A stretch of 64,000 nt of DNA, from IMG/VR virus record IMGVR_UViG_3300010158_000028, positions 64,001-128,000 of that record; one strand, written 5' to 3'. This DNA comes from a virus. Made by a program: the position numbers and the translations under genes. The notes beneath the pieces are model-generated. The model did not search any database, was not told the DNA's origin, and saw nothing but the letters and a program-made list of their open reading frames with translations. Shown here in pieces: positions 34,595 through 44,291 of the stretch (position 1 is its first letter; every line of letters begins with the position of its first letter).

Positions 34595-36265
34595 TTATTT
34601 CATATTTATAACTTTGGAAAACTTTTCTACCTGTTTATCTAATTCAGGTGTTTCCGATTCGTTTGAACCTTTATCTGATACATTATCCACTGGTGCATAT
34701 TGTTCTGGTGTTGTTTGTTGTTGATTTTGTTCTTGACCTTGATCTAATGATTGTCCATCAGGTCCAGTTTGTTCAGGTTGTGGTTCTGCATCAATTTGTT
34801 TTTGCATCTCTTCAATTTCTTCATCAGTCAACTGCAATACATTTTTCTTTACCCATTCCTGTGAGTAATACTTACCAACATATGGTTCAACTAAATTTAA
34901 AATTGATATTCTTTGTTGAAGTAAATCTGCTTCTTTTAATTCTACAAAATTATTATCTTTCTTATAATCATAATAGATATTTTCTCTAAACTTATCCCAC
35001 TCTTCTTCGGTACATACACCTTTCAAAGATAGTTGAACACGTAATGCATGATCAAATAATTGAGAAAACTTATTGCGAAGTCTATTAATAAACTTATTAA
35101 ATCTTAATTCATCTCTAGTTACTTCAGTTGTTCTACCAATACCTGCCATACCACCACCATTTTGCTGATCCAATCTTGAATACGGAACACTAAGTGATTG
35201 TAATAACTTCTTTTGAAAGTATTGAACATCTTCAATTTGCCCAAGATTTTGTCCTGCAGGCAATGTTGTAATTTCTGTTCCTTTACCACCTTCTCTACGT
35301 GGTAACCAAAAATCTTCCAACATTGACATATGTTTACGATCATCTCTTAACTCACCAGTATTGGCATCATATACCATTTTGTTACGATACTTAGTCATAA
35401 CATCACGCATATACTGTTCTGCTTTACCTTTTGGTAAATTACCAACATCAATATAAAATATTCTACGTTCTGGTGCTCTAGATAATCTATAGATAACTAC
35501 AGCATCTTCAATCATTCTTAATTGATTGAGTGGTTTAATTGCTTTATGCAAATATGAAATAACAAAAGTATTCTTTGCATCCATCAATCCAGAGTTTACA
35601 TTAACAATAGACTCTGGTGCAATTCTTAATCCTTGAGATACACCTGCAGTGTAACTTTGTGTAATAGTACCACGATCATTATACATGTAGTATTCAGCAA
35701 TAGACTGAATAATTTCTGCCCCTGTTTTTGGATCTCTTCCTTTTTTAATCTCACGAATTTTTCTAATCTTTCGTGGATCAATATATCTTAATTCTTGAAT
35801 ACCGTCTTTAGGTTTCTTTTCATCTAAAACAATTTGAAAGTAAATTCTACCATCAATATACCAGCGTTTGTAAATATCATCAGCAAGATTACTAAAGTTT
35901 AACATCTTTAGAACAGTATCAAACTCTTCGTGGATTTTCTTTTTAATTGAATCTGGTTGTTTAAGATTATCCATTACAATATCAACAACTGTACCATCTT
36001 CATCATGTGTGATAGACTCATTAACAATTTCATTAATTGCCATGTCACATTCAGGATGATTTGCCATTTCTCTATAACGAGTAATTAACTCTAACTCATT
36101 CCGAACAGAACCTTCTAAATCTACATAGGTACCGTAATGAGCATTTTGAGTGATGACAACCGCACCATCATCTTGATTTGGAGGTGTGAAAGAAGGTTGC
36201 TCAGGCTTTTCAACCTGAACAACATCTTTATTCCCTAGTGTAAAACCGAATAACTTAATAGCCAC
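34595..36265 (-). CDS. gp20: Portal protein
   Basis: YRLSRAPERRIFYIDVGNLPKGKAEQY, EDFWLPRREGGKGTEITTLP. Confidence 0.98.
   Translation of the reverse strand: MAIKLFGFTLGNKDVVQVEKPEQPSFTPPNQDDGAVVITQNAHYGTYVDLEGSVRNELELITRYREMANHPECDMAINEIVNESITHDEDGTVVDIVMDNLKQPDSIKKKIHEEFDTVLKMLNFSNLADDIYKRWYIDGRIYFQIVLDEKKPKDGIQELRYIDPRKIRKIREIKKGRDPKTGAEIIQSIAEYYMYNDRGTITQSYTAGVSQGLRIAPESIVNVNSGLMDAKNTFVISYLHKAIKPLNQLRMIEDAVVIYRLSRAPERRIFYIDVGNLPKGKAEQYMRDVMTKYRNKMVYDANTGELRDDRKHMSMLEDFWLPRREGGKGTEITTLPAGQNLGQIEDVQYFQKKLLQSLSVPYSRLDQQNGGGMAGIGRTTEVTRDELRFNKFINRLRNKFSQLFDHALRVQLSLKGVCTEEEWDKFRENIYYDYKKDNNFVELKEADLLQQRISILNLVEPYVGKYYSQEWVKKNVLQLTDEEIEEMQKQIDAEPQPEQTGPDGQSLDQGQEQNQQQTTPEQYAPVDNVSDKGSNESETPELDKQVEKFSKVINMK
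34603..34610 (-). promoter_or_regulatory. Late promoter TATAAATA within the gp20 3' end
   Basis: Exact consensus upstream of the gp67-like gene. Confidence 0.65.
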
Positions 36266-36288
36266 TATTATTTCCTTTTAAACATTAT

Positions 36289-36317
36289 AAAAAGTATAAG
36301 GATCTCTCCCTATACTT
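36289..36317 (-). terminator. Intrinsic terminator after gp19
   Basis: AAGUAUAGGGA-GAGA-UCCUUAUACUU hairpin with a GNRA loop, followed by a U run. Confidence 0.75.
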
Positions 36318-36861
36318 ATACTACTAAATCCTCGGCAGATTCCCACCATTGATAACTCAAGTTTACAGTAAACTCTTCAATAGTATCATTAGAACCCCAA
36401 TCAACATCAATTGCTGATAAATCTGTTGGAAATACGCCAATAAATTTATACTTTTTCAAGATGTTACCACCTTTACCATATTGGCGAACTTCAGCATCAA
36501 CACTATAACCCAATGGTGTAGCTGCAGCCGGTGTTCTTACATTTAAATTGTGACTATTAAGACCACTCATCCAGCGTTCAAAAGCATTACGGATAACAAA
36601 ATCTTCATCATTAATGATTGTAACTGACCAATCTTGGAAAGTTCTGTTACCTGCAAATTTTAATTCACGTCCAAAATACTGAACGGGAACCGAATTAACT
36701 GTTGATCCAGGTAGTTGTGCTGTCTTACACATAAAACTCATTTTACTTTGTGCGTTTCCAGGCAATGCGAAGGCAGGAAAGGGAAGCGTAACCTCGAACA
36801 GATTTGGTCTCGCTCCATCTCCTGTCATCTGAGAGCGGAACTCGTTTACATTAAAAGCCAT
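36316..36861 (-). CDS. gp19: Tail tube protein
   Basis: GARPNLFEV, GRELKFAGNRTF.DW, IEEFTV. Confidence 0.96.
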   Translation of the reverse strand: MAFNVNEFRSQMTGDGARPNLFEVTLPFPAFALPGNAQSKMSFMCKTAQLPGSTVNSVPVQYFGRELKFAGNRTFQDWSVTIINDEDFVIRNAFERWMSGLNSHNLNVRTPAAATPLGYSVDAEVRQYGKGGNILKKYKFIGVFPTDLSAIDVDWGSNDTIEEFTVNLSYQWWESAEDLVV

Positions 36862-36888
36862 TTAATATTCTCCTATCTCTCTTATTTA

Positions 36889-38583
36889 TTAAAATGTACC
36901 AACAATTTCATCAAATGCAACACCAGTGCCAACTGCAACAAAGTTAAGTTGAATGAAGTTGATTGAACGGGCGGGTTTGATGTAGATATCACCAACAAAT
37001 TGATTTGAATCAATAACATTTGCGGTATTATTCGTTGTATCACAGATAACTCTGTAATCGTAAATACCACGGCGGCCTTTAATTTCACGCAAGAATGGTT
37101 CTACAAGATTTACAAATGCTGCTCTTGTAAATTCATCATTGAATTCAAACAGTGTTGATCTTGCAGCTTTAGCAATTGATTTCTCAAGAACAATAAACAA
37201 TCTACGAACATTGATCCGATCAAATGCAGATGATTTACCTGTTTGAAGAGTCTTATCACCGTAAAGAATTGTACCTTCACCAGCAAATGTTACTACTGGA
37301 TTAATAGAATTCTTATACAAAGTATCTCTTTGTGCCGATGTAGGATTCCAAGCAAGTTTAACAACATTCTTGATAATACCACGTGAAAGACCTGCAGGTG
37401 AAAACCATGCATCACGATCAGCATCAGTGCGAGCGCATAGACCAGCAATGTCACCATTTAATGGTACCCAACGATATACATTGTTATATTTGTCAAATTG
37501 ATATTTCCAACCACTATCAACAAATGCATATGAAGATTTTGTAAATGTTGCAGCAGTAGCAGTAACACTTGTTAATTCACCATTGTAATTATCAACACAG
37601 TCATCTAGTTGTGGTGAAATAAATGCGATACAATCTTTACGTGACTCTGCAAGTGAAATTATTTTATTAGGTATCGTTGTACCCGTTGTTACACCTGCCA
37701 TTAAGAATGATACATCTTCTGAATCGGCATTAGCATACAAATCTAATGTTGCACTAATGTTTGCAGCGGTTGGTGTATCATCAATACCACCAGCCAATGA
37801 TGCAGTTAAATTGCCGGAAAGATTTTTAAATGTTACTGCGCCAGCAATTGAAGAACCCCAATTGTTATTAGCGCCATCAACCATGTTAGAAGCTGGATGA
37901 CCATTCCACCAAATGTATTTTGATTTAGAATTGATTACATCTTTATAATAGTTACTTGTTCCATCAGGATTTTTAATATCAGATGCTTTTGATGCATAAG
38001 AAAATCTTTCAAGAACTGTATTTGCTGTTGATGAGAATTGACCATCTTCATCAATAACAACAATATGAATTTCATCATTTGCTGAATTTTTATTCGATGC
38101 TGCAGTAGATGTTCCTGGTGCAGAATCAAAATAAGAATTGTATGCCCATGTGCTAAAGTTATTTGAATCTACCATTGATACTTTTAGTGAATTACCTAAA
38201 GCACCCGGATACTTAGCTTGGAACAATGTTGTTGTGTTTGCACTGTAATTTGCTTCGTAATCGTCTTTGTTTAAAATCAAACGAGCAGTACCTGCACCGC
38301 CACCTGCAGCATTTTTAGCTGCAGTACCAACTGACCGAGCAAATTTAAAATTACTACCATATGCTAAGAAATTGGCAGCAGTAAAAAATGACCCGTATGT
38401 ATTTGCATCTGGTTTACCGAATGTATCTGCAAATTGTGATTCGCTGCTAATAAGAACTACGTTATTTGCAGGACCCCAAACAGACGCACCAGCTAAACCA
38501 CCAATAGTAGTGGACACAGAAGGAACAACTGTAGTCGCATCTACTTCGGAGACCAGAACTCCTGGTGATAATTGAAAAGCCAT
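36889..38583 (-). CDS. gp18: Tail sheath protein
   Basis: SPGVLVSEVD, WFSPAG, FDRINVRRLF, IKPARSINFI.LNF. Confidence 0.97.
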   Translation of the reverse strand: MAFQLSPGVLVSEVDATTVVPSVSTTIGGLAGASVWGPANNVVLISSESQFADTFGKPDANTYGSFFTAANFLAYGSNFKFARSVGTAAKNAAGGGAGTARLILNKDDYEANYSANTTTLFQAKYPGALGNSLKVSMVDSNNFSTWAYNSYFDSAPGTSTAASNKNSANDEIHIVVIDEDGQFSSTANTVLERFSYASKASDIKNPDGTSNYYKDVINSKSKYIWWNGHPASNMVDGANNNWGSSIAGAVTFKNLSGNLTASLAGGIDDTPTAANISATLDLYANADSEDVSFLMAGVTTGTTIPNKIISLAESRKDCIAFISPQLDDCVDNYNGELTSVTATAATFTKSSYAFVDSGWKYQFDKYNNVYRWVPLNGDIAGLCARTDADRDAWFSPAGLSRGIIKNVVKLAWNPTSAQRDTLYKNSINPVVTFAGEGTILYGDKTLQTGKSSAFDRINVRRLFIVLEKSIAKAARSTLFEFNDEFTRAAFVNLVEPFLREIKGRRGIYDYRVICDTTNNTANVIDSNQFVGDIYIKPARSINFIQLNFVAVGTGVAFDEIVGTF

Positions 38584-38633
38584 GTTATTTTCTCCTTTTT
38601 ATATTCATGGAATTTATAACTCAATTTATAGTA

Positions 38634-38641
38634 TATTTATA
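38634..38641 (-). promoter_or_regulatory. Late promoter TATAAATA
   Basis: Exact consensus upstream of gp18. Confidence 0.8.
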
Positions 38642-38644
38642 ATT

Positions 38645-40273
38645 TTAGAATGTTGACGGCATATAACCACGATTCTTCGCTACGGTCCATATGTCCTCAC
38701 CATCATACATCTTTTCTTCTTCTTTTCCATCATCAAAAATACCTATTGGCATATATTCATCTTCTAAATGCATCTTGCTTTCTTCCATTAATCTACGTCT
38801 GATATCAGAATTTGTAGTTTCTCTAAAGAAAGTTTGAGATGTTAACCAGGAAAATAGAACTAATGCCATCACCAAATCGTCATGATTACCTTCTTCTGCC
38901 TCATATGAATCTCTTACCTTGACAAATGTGTTTAACTCAGATATAATATCAAAATCTTCAATGATTAGTTTCTTTGTTTCTACCAAAGTCTTTAAGTTTG
39001 CACACCCAATCTTCTTAACGGGTGTTGTGGTCTTTATACCAAATGATACCGCTTTCTTATAACCAGCAGATAAATGCTGACCTTTTGTAACATGTTTTTG
39101 TATTTTGAATATATTCTCGTATTCTAATTCATAATGTAAAATGTCAACAACTTGTTGACCTACATTATTAGTCTCTGCCAACAGAAATGCACCATTATAT
39201 CTTTGTCCAATATTATATATGATAGTAGGAAAGAGTAAAGGTGCAATGTTATTATCTCTATATTTTGCCACTAGTTTATATGGTATATCTGTTACATCAA
39301 CAACTGCAACTGTAGAATAGTCTTGACCTACACCTTCTGCACAGTCTACAGTCATTACATACGTTCTATCTGGTCTTGGCATTTCATGTATATCTAATCC
39401 TTCAATAGAACTTAATGGATCTCTAAATGCTAATTGTCTTAATATAATACCAGGTATTAATGTTGCAGAAGAACCAATGAATTCAGTTTCAAACTCTTGT
39501 TGAAATTGTTCTTCACTAGTATTTCTAATTGTTTCTTCTTTCCACTTTTGATCTCTACCTGGTACCATTGACCAGTGAACTTCAAGTGGTTTATATAATG
39601 ACCGTTTCTCTGTTGCATCTACCCACATCTTATAGAAATGATTTAGGCCATAAGGTGTAGATACAATGATTACTTTTGTTGTTTTACCTGAAGAGATAAC
39701 GGGATATGTAGATGTAAAGAAATCATTTGCCATATTCTGTGGAACGAAAGCAAACTCATCAAGAAAGATTAAGTTGTATGTTCCTCCACGAACACCAGAA
39801 TTTGATGTTGCAAATGCGGCAATCTTAGAACCGTTCTCTAATTCTAAACTTCTTTTATTCCAAACTACAATACCTTGTTGTAACCAAATTGGTAAATATT
39901 CATATGCATATTGTATTCTACTTAAAATATCTTGTGCGAGATTACCTTTGTTAGCAAGAATTGCAACTGAAAAGTTTTCTTTGAATAATACACACCATAA
40001 CATGTAACCCGCAGATGTTGTTGTTTTACCAACTTGTCGAGGCATCTTACAAATACTAAAACGATTCTCATGGAAATTTCTGACCATATCTTCTTGAAAT
40101 GGCCACATCTCAAATGGAATAAGACCACGGTCCACGTTGACGATTTTTACATACGTCTTAATGAAGTAAACAGGATCATCTATACACTTTGCAATTTCTA
40201 TTGCTTGTTCTTCAGTGTATGATAATTCAATTCCTGTGGGTTTTAGTTTTGGATTACCTAAATAACCTTGCAT
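38645..40273 (-). CDS. gp17: Terminase large subunit
   Basis: YLGNP.LK, PRQVGKTT, FLDEFAF, VSTPYG, HDDLVMAL. Confidence 0.98.
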   Translation of the reverse strand: MQGYLGNPKLKPTGIELSYTEEQAIEIAKCIDDPVYFIKTYVKIVNVDRGLIPFEMWPFQEDMVRNFHENRFSICKMPRQVGKTTTSAGYMLWCVLFKENFSVAILANKGNLAQDILSRIQYAYEYLPIWLQQGIVVWNKRSLELENGSKIAAFATSNSGVRGGTYNLIFLDEFAFVPQNMANDFFTSTYPVISSGKTTKVIIVSTPYGLNHFYKMWVDATEKRSLYKPLEVHWSMVPGRDQKWKEETIRNTSEEQFQQEFETEFIGSSATLIPGIILRQLAFRDPLSSIEGLDIHEMPRPDRTYVMTVDCAEGVGQDYSTVAVVDVTDIPYKLVAKYRDNNIAPLLFPTIIYNIGQRYNGAFLLAETNNVGQQVVDILHYELEYENIFKIQKHVTKGQHLSAGYKKAVSFGIKTTTPVKKIGCANLKTLVETKKLIIEDFDIISELNTFVKVRDSYEAEEGNHDDLVMALVLFSWLTSQTFFRETTNSDIRRRLMEESKMHLEDEYMPIGIFDDGKEEEKMYDGEDIWTVAKNRGYMPSTF

Positions 40274-40707
40274 TACTTAATAATACTTCTCAACATCCAT
40301 GCATGTTTCTGATGTTTACCCAATAAGTCTTGCAAGAAATTAGATACTGCTGGTTCATTCGCTTGATCGGCTGCAACAATACCTGCACGAAGATGATAAA
40401 TGTATCTGTCATTATCGGCTTTGATTTCTGCCATCATTGATAGTGCCATTGGTATTGTTGTTGCATCTTGAATATCTGATAACTCTTTAAATCTTGTTAA
40501 TGAACCTGGCGCATATGAATCTAATCTTCTTAGATGTTCAGCGATATCATCTGTCTGTGCCCAAATATCATTGTAGAGACCATCAAGAAAAGAATGATAT
40601 TGTGGAAAATCTTTACCTTCAATGTTCCAATGATAGTTATGTGTCTTTAGGTAAAGGCAAAAGTTGGTTGCTAAGATTACTTTTAATTGTTGGATTAGTT
40701 GATCCAT
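40273..40707 (-). CDS. dps: Dps-family ferritin-like protein
   Basis: LKTHNYHWNIEG.DF..YH, DDIAEHLR.L, HQKHAWMLRS. Confidence 0.93.
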   Translation of the reverse strand: MDQLIQQLKVILATNFCLYLKTHNYHWNIEGKDFPQYHSFLDGLYNDIWAQTDDIAEHLRRLDSYAPGSLTRFKELSDIQDATTIPMALSMMAEIKADNDRYIYHLRAGIVAADQANEPAVSNFLQDLLGKHQKHAWMLRSIIK

Positions 40708-41102
40708 TATTTACTACTCCTAATTAGTTTTACCATCTCTGCAGTTGAACCGATGAATACTGCTTTATCTATAACGGTTTTTTCTGATGTTGGTTGATTG
40801 TTATTTAATTCTTTTCTTTTCTTTTGTATATCTAATAAATCTTTATTTAAGTCTGCCATCGTCTTAATTAGATTGGCAACAACTTCATATGCTCTTGGAT
40901 GTTCTGTTTCTTTTGCTACATTTAATAAATTATCAACTGCAACATTACCTTTTTGTAATAATGAATTGATATTTGTTCTAGCAATATTAAAATCTGTTTC
41001 AACATCATTATTTGTGGATACAACTACAGGCATTTCTTCTACCAATTTTTCAGTAGGTTCAATATCAAAAATTTCTGATAGATTTTTTTCTAGAGTTTTC
41101 AT
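40707..41102 (-). CDS. gp16: Terminase small subunit
   Basis: DF..AR.N, A.ETEHPRAYEV, FIGSTAEM.K. Confidence 0.92.
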   Translation of the reverse strand: MKTLEKNLSEIFDIEPTEKLVEEMPVVVSTNNDVETDFNIARTNINSLLQKGNVAVDNLLNVAKETEHPRAYEVVANLIKTMADLNKDLLDIQKKRKELNNNQPTSEKTVIDKAVFIGSTAEMVKLIRSSK

Positions 41103-41893
41103 GATGGTAAAGTTTCAGGCCATTCTGTAAAGTTTTCTGAGAATCCATAATGTGATGAAGCATTTGCACTAACTGGATATGGTTTAGTAGATGTAGCAAA
41201 TGCATTAACACTATTACTATTTGCGATATCAGTAGAATCTGTAACAATCATAGTATTTGTATTTGCAGTAGTTATTAATGTTGCAGGTTTTACTGGTGGG
41301 AATATGTATGCTTTAACAGTAAAAGATAAATTCCACATAACCATTCTTGTAGTCATCATATCACCCTCATAGTCTATCGAAGGTGATACAGAATTTAATA
41401 TTACTGGCATGTCATATGTTCTATTCATACTTGGAATAAAATTCACAGTAACAGTATAATCTGGTGTAAAAAATGGTAATATCTGTTCTAATATCTGTGT
41501 ACCATCTTCAATATTTCTAACATATATTGATAATGAAAAATCAAAACTATATGGTACAGGTGCATATTGACTATTATAAGAACCAGAAACAGTATTTGCT
41601 GAAAAGTTATTCTGTAGTGTAATATGTTTTCGTGATGAATCGTAACTTAAACCATCCAAATCAAAACTCATTCTTGGTAATGATGTGGCAATAGATTTTG
41701 TTAATGACGGATCTGTAGTTAATCTCGTAAAATATTTTTCTTTTGGACCATAAGATAAAGGTACTTTGATTTTTTCATAATCGATTGTACCTGCTTTATT
41801 ATATCTTACTAATTGGATGTCATTGAATAGTGTTCCAAATGCAACAACTATTTTTCTAATTGTTCTATTATAAAAATGACTATTACCCAGCAT
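41099..41893 (-). CDS. gp15: Tail sheath stabiliser / terminator
   Basis: FYNRTIRKIVVAFGTLFNDI, VPLSYGPK.K, QILEQILPFFTP. Confidence 0.95.
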   Translation of the reverse strand: MLGNSHFYNRTIRKIVVAFGTLFNDIQLVRYNKAGTIDYEKIKVPLSYGPKEKYFTRLTTDPSLTKSIATSLPRMSFDLDGLSYDSSRKHITLQNNFSANTVSGSYNSQYAPVPYSFDFSLSIYVRNIEDGTQILEQILPFFTPDYTVTVNFIPSMNRTYDMPVILNSVSPSIDYEGDMMTTRMVMWNLSFTVKAYIFPPVKPATLITTANTNTMIVTDSTDIANSNSVNAFATSTKPYPVSANASSHYGFSENFTEWPETLPS

Positions 41894-42786
41894 TATGCTT
41901 CTCCAAACGGATTATGCTCAGTGAAATCAATGATACTATCCGATTCACCTTCTATTAACGTATTGTCTGCTATATCTTCAAAGATATTATTATTAGCTTG
42001 TGTGGTATCATCTTCTGCTAATAATATGTAACGAGCATTACTTGTAACACCTATAACATTAGCAGATGCAACAAAATCACCACGAACTTGAATTACGTTT
42101 AATGTGGAGTATGGTACAAACGAATACACAATAGCTTGAGCATTTGCATATGCTAAGTTTGCACCTTGATAAACAATTTCACTTGATAAGTATGTTCCAC
42201 TTCCAGTATTTGATAATGCCAATCGTGTTCTCTTATAAGAATCAAATATTTGATTATCAACTTCTTGAACACCGGTACTAATAATTTCTTCAGAGAATAC
42301 AAACTGTTTCATCTTTAATGCATAGACATAGACGTTACCACCACGACCACGACCTAACGTATAAAACATTGCTTGGTCATTTTCATGTTCTACAAAAGTT
42401 ATTTCAAAAAAGTTTTGAACTAAAGGTATATAAACTAAATCACCTTCTCTTGGTCTATGTAATGGTACTGTTGATGCAAATCTTCTTCGTGACATTAATA
42501 AAGTAACTTCATCTTTAATCTCTAGACCAAACTTAGAAATGAAGTCACCTTCACCGTCCATACCAGTAACATTCTCAAGATACATTTCCATTTGATATGC
42601 ATTACGGAATTGTTTTATAGTATCTTCACCATAAATTTGGTCAATACTATCTCTTGAAGAAAAAGGCATATAATAAACATCCATGCCATTAACTTGCATA
42701 GATTCAATAACTAAATCTTCAACAAGTAATTGCTCACTTGTTATTTGATTGATTGGAAAATTATTAAAATAAAAGTTGGTTGCCAT
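41893..42786 (-). CDS. gp14: Neck protein
   Basis: EQ.LVEDLVIES, SKFGLEI.DE, RPREGDLVY.P, FEITFVEHE. Confidence 0.94.
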   Translation of the reverse strand: MATNFYFNNFPINQITSEQLLVEDLVIESMQVNGMDVYYMPFSSRDSIDQIYGEDTIKQFRNAYQMEMYLENVTGMDGEGDFISKFGLEIKDEVTLLMSRRRFASTVPLHRPREGDLVYIPLVQNFFEITFVEHENDQAMFYTLGRGRGGNVYVYALKMKQFVFSEEIISTGVQEVDNQIFDSYKRTRLALSNTGSGTYLSSEIVYQGANLAYANAQAIVYSFVPYSTLNVIQVRGDFVASANVIGVTSNARYILLAEDDTTQANNNIFEDIADNTLIEGESDSIIDFTEHNPFGEA

Positions 42787-43739
42787 TATCCTACAAACAT
42801 TTCATTGGGCAACACATTGTATGATTGCATCTCTTCTTCTATTTTATCAATTTCTGCTTGTGCTTCTTGCATGATTCTTGGTCCATCTAAAGTAACACCG
42901 CCAGGTAATTGCACATTAGCAAACTTACTTAGATTGGTACCCCATTGATATTTAATTTTCTCTGTAGCATACTTCTTGAGAAATCTATCATTCCAAATAT
43001 CTGTGATGCCATCTTTAGTCAGTGTTATTGCGGTATTGGTAGTAGTAAATGCACTGCTAACATTTAAAGCAATATCAGAATTAATTTCAACAACTGTTCT
43101 TACTTGAGTGCCAAAATTAATTTCATCACCAATTAAAATATCTCTTGTAAATGTTGTACCTGTTCCTACAACCATAACATTAGATGCAGCAACATTTGCA
43201 GTGCCTTCTACTGTCATTGTATCTGGATCTAATTTTCTATAACATTCCATTACCAGATATTCATTTAACATTACATCTCTTGACCAATCAATATCAAGGA
43301 ATATCTTATTCATATGCCGATTGAATCTAAACTGTGGCATACCAGAAAACAACATATTCAATGTGGTAATATGTTGCATTGTAATCTCATATGACACATA
43401 AGATACAGATGTGAAGTCATAGAGATCGTGTAATCTTAATTGATAACGCATATCAAACATATTTACAGATGATGTTGAGTTATCAAATGGCAACACACCA
43501 GTAACAAACAGAACCGAATCAGGACAATAAATCCATTTACGGTCTATATCTATTTGAGTAACTTTGTGTTTCATAAACATTTTTTGACAACCATCAAAAT
43601 GATAGTCATGGAAAAATGCTAAAGCATCATCAATCCGATCTTCTACCTGATCGTCATCAACATTGATTTGAATGACTGGATGACCCAATCTACGTAGACA
43701 ATAATCTTTAAATTGGGCTCTTGTTGTTGGTTTTGCCAT
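42786..43739 (-). CDS. gp13: Neck protein with an inserted beta-rich segment
   Basis: YCLRRLG.PVI.INVDDDQ.EDRID, QWGTNLSKF..VQLPGGVTLDG. Confidence 0.95.
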   Translation of the reverse strand: MAKPTTRAQFKDYCLRRLGHPVIQINVDDDQVEDRIDDALAFFHDYHFDGCQKMFMKHKVTQIDIDRKWIYCPDSVLFVTGVLPFDNSTSSVNMFDMRYQLRLHDLYDFTSVSYVSYEITMQHITTLNMLFSGMPQFRFNRHMNKIFLDIDWSRDVMLNEYLVMECYRKLDPDTMTVEGTANVAASNVMVVGTGTTFTRDILIGDEINFGTQVRTVVEINSDIALNVSSAFTTTNTAITLTKDGITDIWNDRFLKKYATEKIKYQWGTNLSKFANVQLPGGVTLDGPRIMQEAQAEIDKIEEEMQSYNVLPNEMFVG

Positions 43740-43763
43740 GTTTCCACCTATAGTAGTATTATC

Positions 43764-43771
43764 TATTTATA
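43764..43771 (-). promoter_or_regulatory. Late promoter TATAAATA
   Basis: Exact consensus upstream of gp13. Confidence 0.8.
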
Positions 43772-43797
43772 ACATAATACTCTTACTACTAATAGAG

Positions 43798-43953
43798 TTA
43801 CACTGAAGATTGTTGGCCTTGTTGTTCGTTCAACTGTGGACCAAGTTGTTCTTCAAGATTTTTTACCAAACGAAACACAGATTCAAATGGTAATTTTCCT
43901 AATCCGGCTAAGATAATATTTACTTCATCTAAATTCAATTCAAGTTTTAACAT
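43798..43953 (-). CDS. 51-aa hypothetical protein (MLKLELNLDEVNIILAGLGKLPF...)
   Basis: Hand-translated; AAGGA SD; small ORF downstream of a fibre gene. Confidence 0.65.
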   Translation of the reverse strand: MLKLELNLDEVNIILAGLGKLPFESVFRLVKNLEEQLGPQLNEQQGQQSSV

Positions 43954-43976
43954 ACTTCATCCTTTAAAAGTTATAT

Positions 43977-44291
43977 TTACCAAGGTTTACCAGTTAATGT
44001 AACTGGATTTTTTTGCGATTCAATTTGATCAATTAATGAGTTTTCATAATCAGTGACTTGTTCTGTTCCTAAAGTGTTCTTTACCCAATCAACTACAATT
44101 TCTTCAGTTAAACTGTCAAAAGCAATAAATGTATCACCACGAGTGAGTGAAAGTGAACCATATACATTACTATAATATGTATGTTCTCCTACAGTCTCAG
44201 TTGCATTTGCTCTCCAATGAACGACAGTAACTAATCCATCGGATGCATTACGATCCATTTGTTCAATATTCCATGTTTTTGTAACTGCCAT
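43977..44291 (-). CDS. Fibre-associated hypothetical protein
   Basis: V..VHW, FIAFDSLTEE.V.DWVK..LG, C-terminal PW; coupled to the fibre gene. Confidence 0.7.
   Translation of the reverse strand: MAVTKTWNIEQMDRNASDGLVTVVHWRANATETVGEHTYYSNVYGSLSLTRGDTFIAFDSLTEEIVVDWVKNTLGTEQVTDYENSLIDQIESQKNPVTLTGKPW

Noticed and set aside
3850-40273. Inteins or introns in gp41, gp43, gp46 or gp17
   Set aside because: Lengths and motif spacing look normal, with no intein-like insertions
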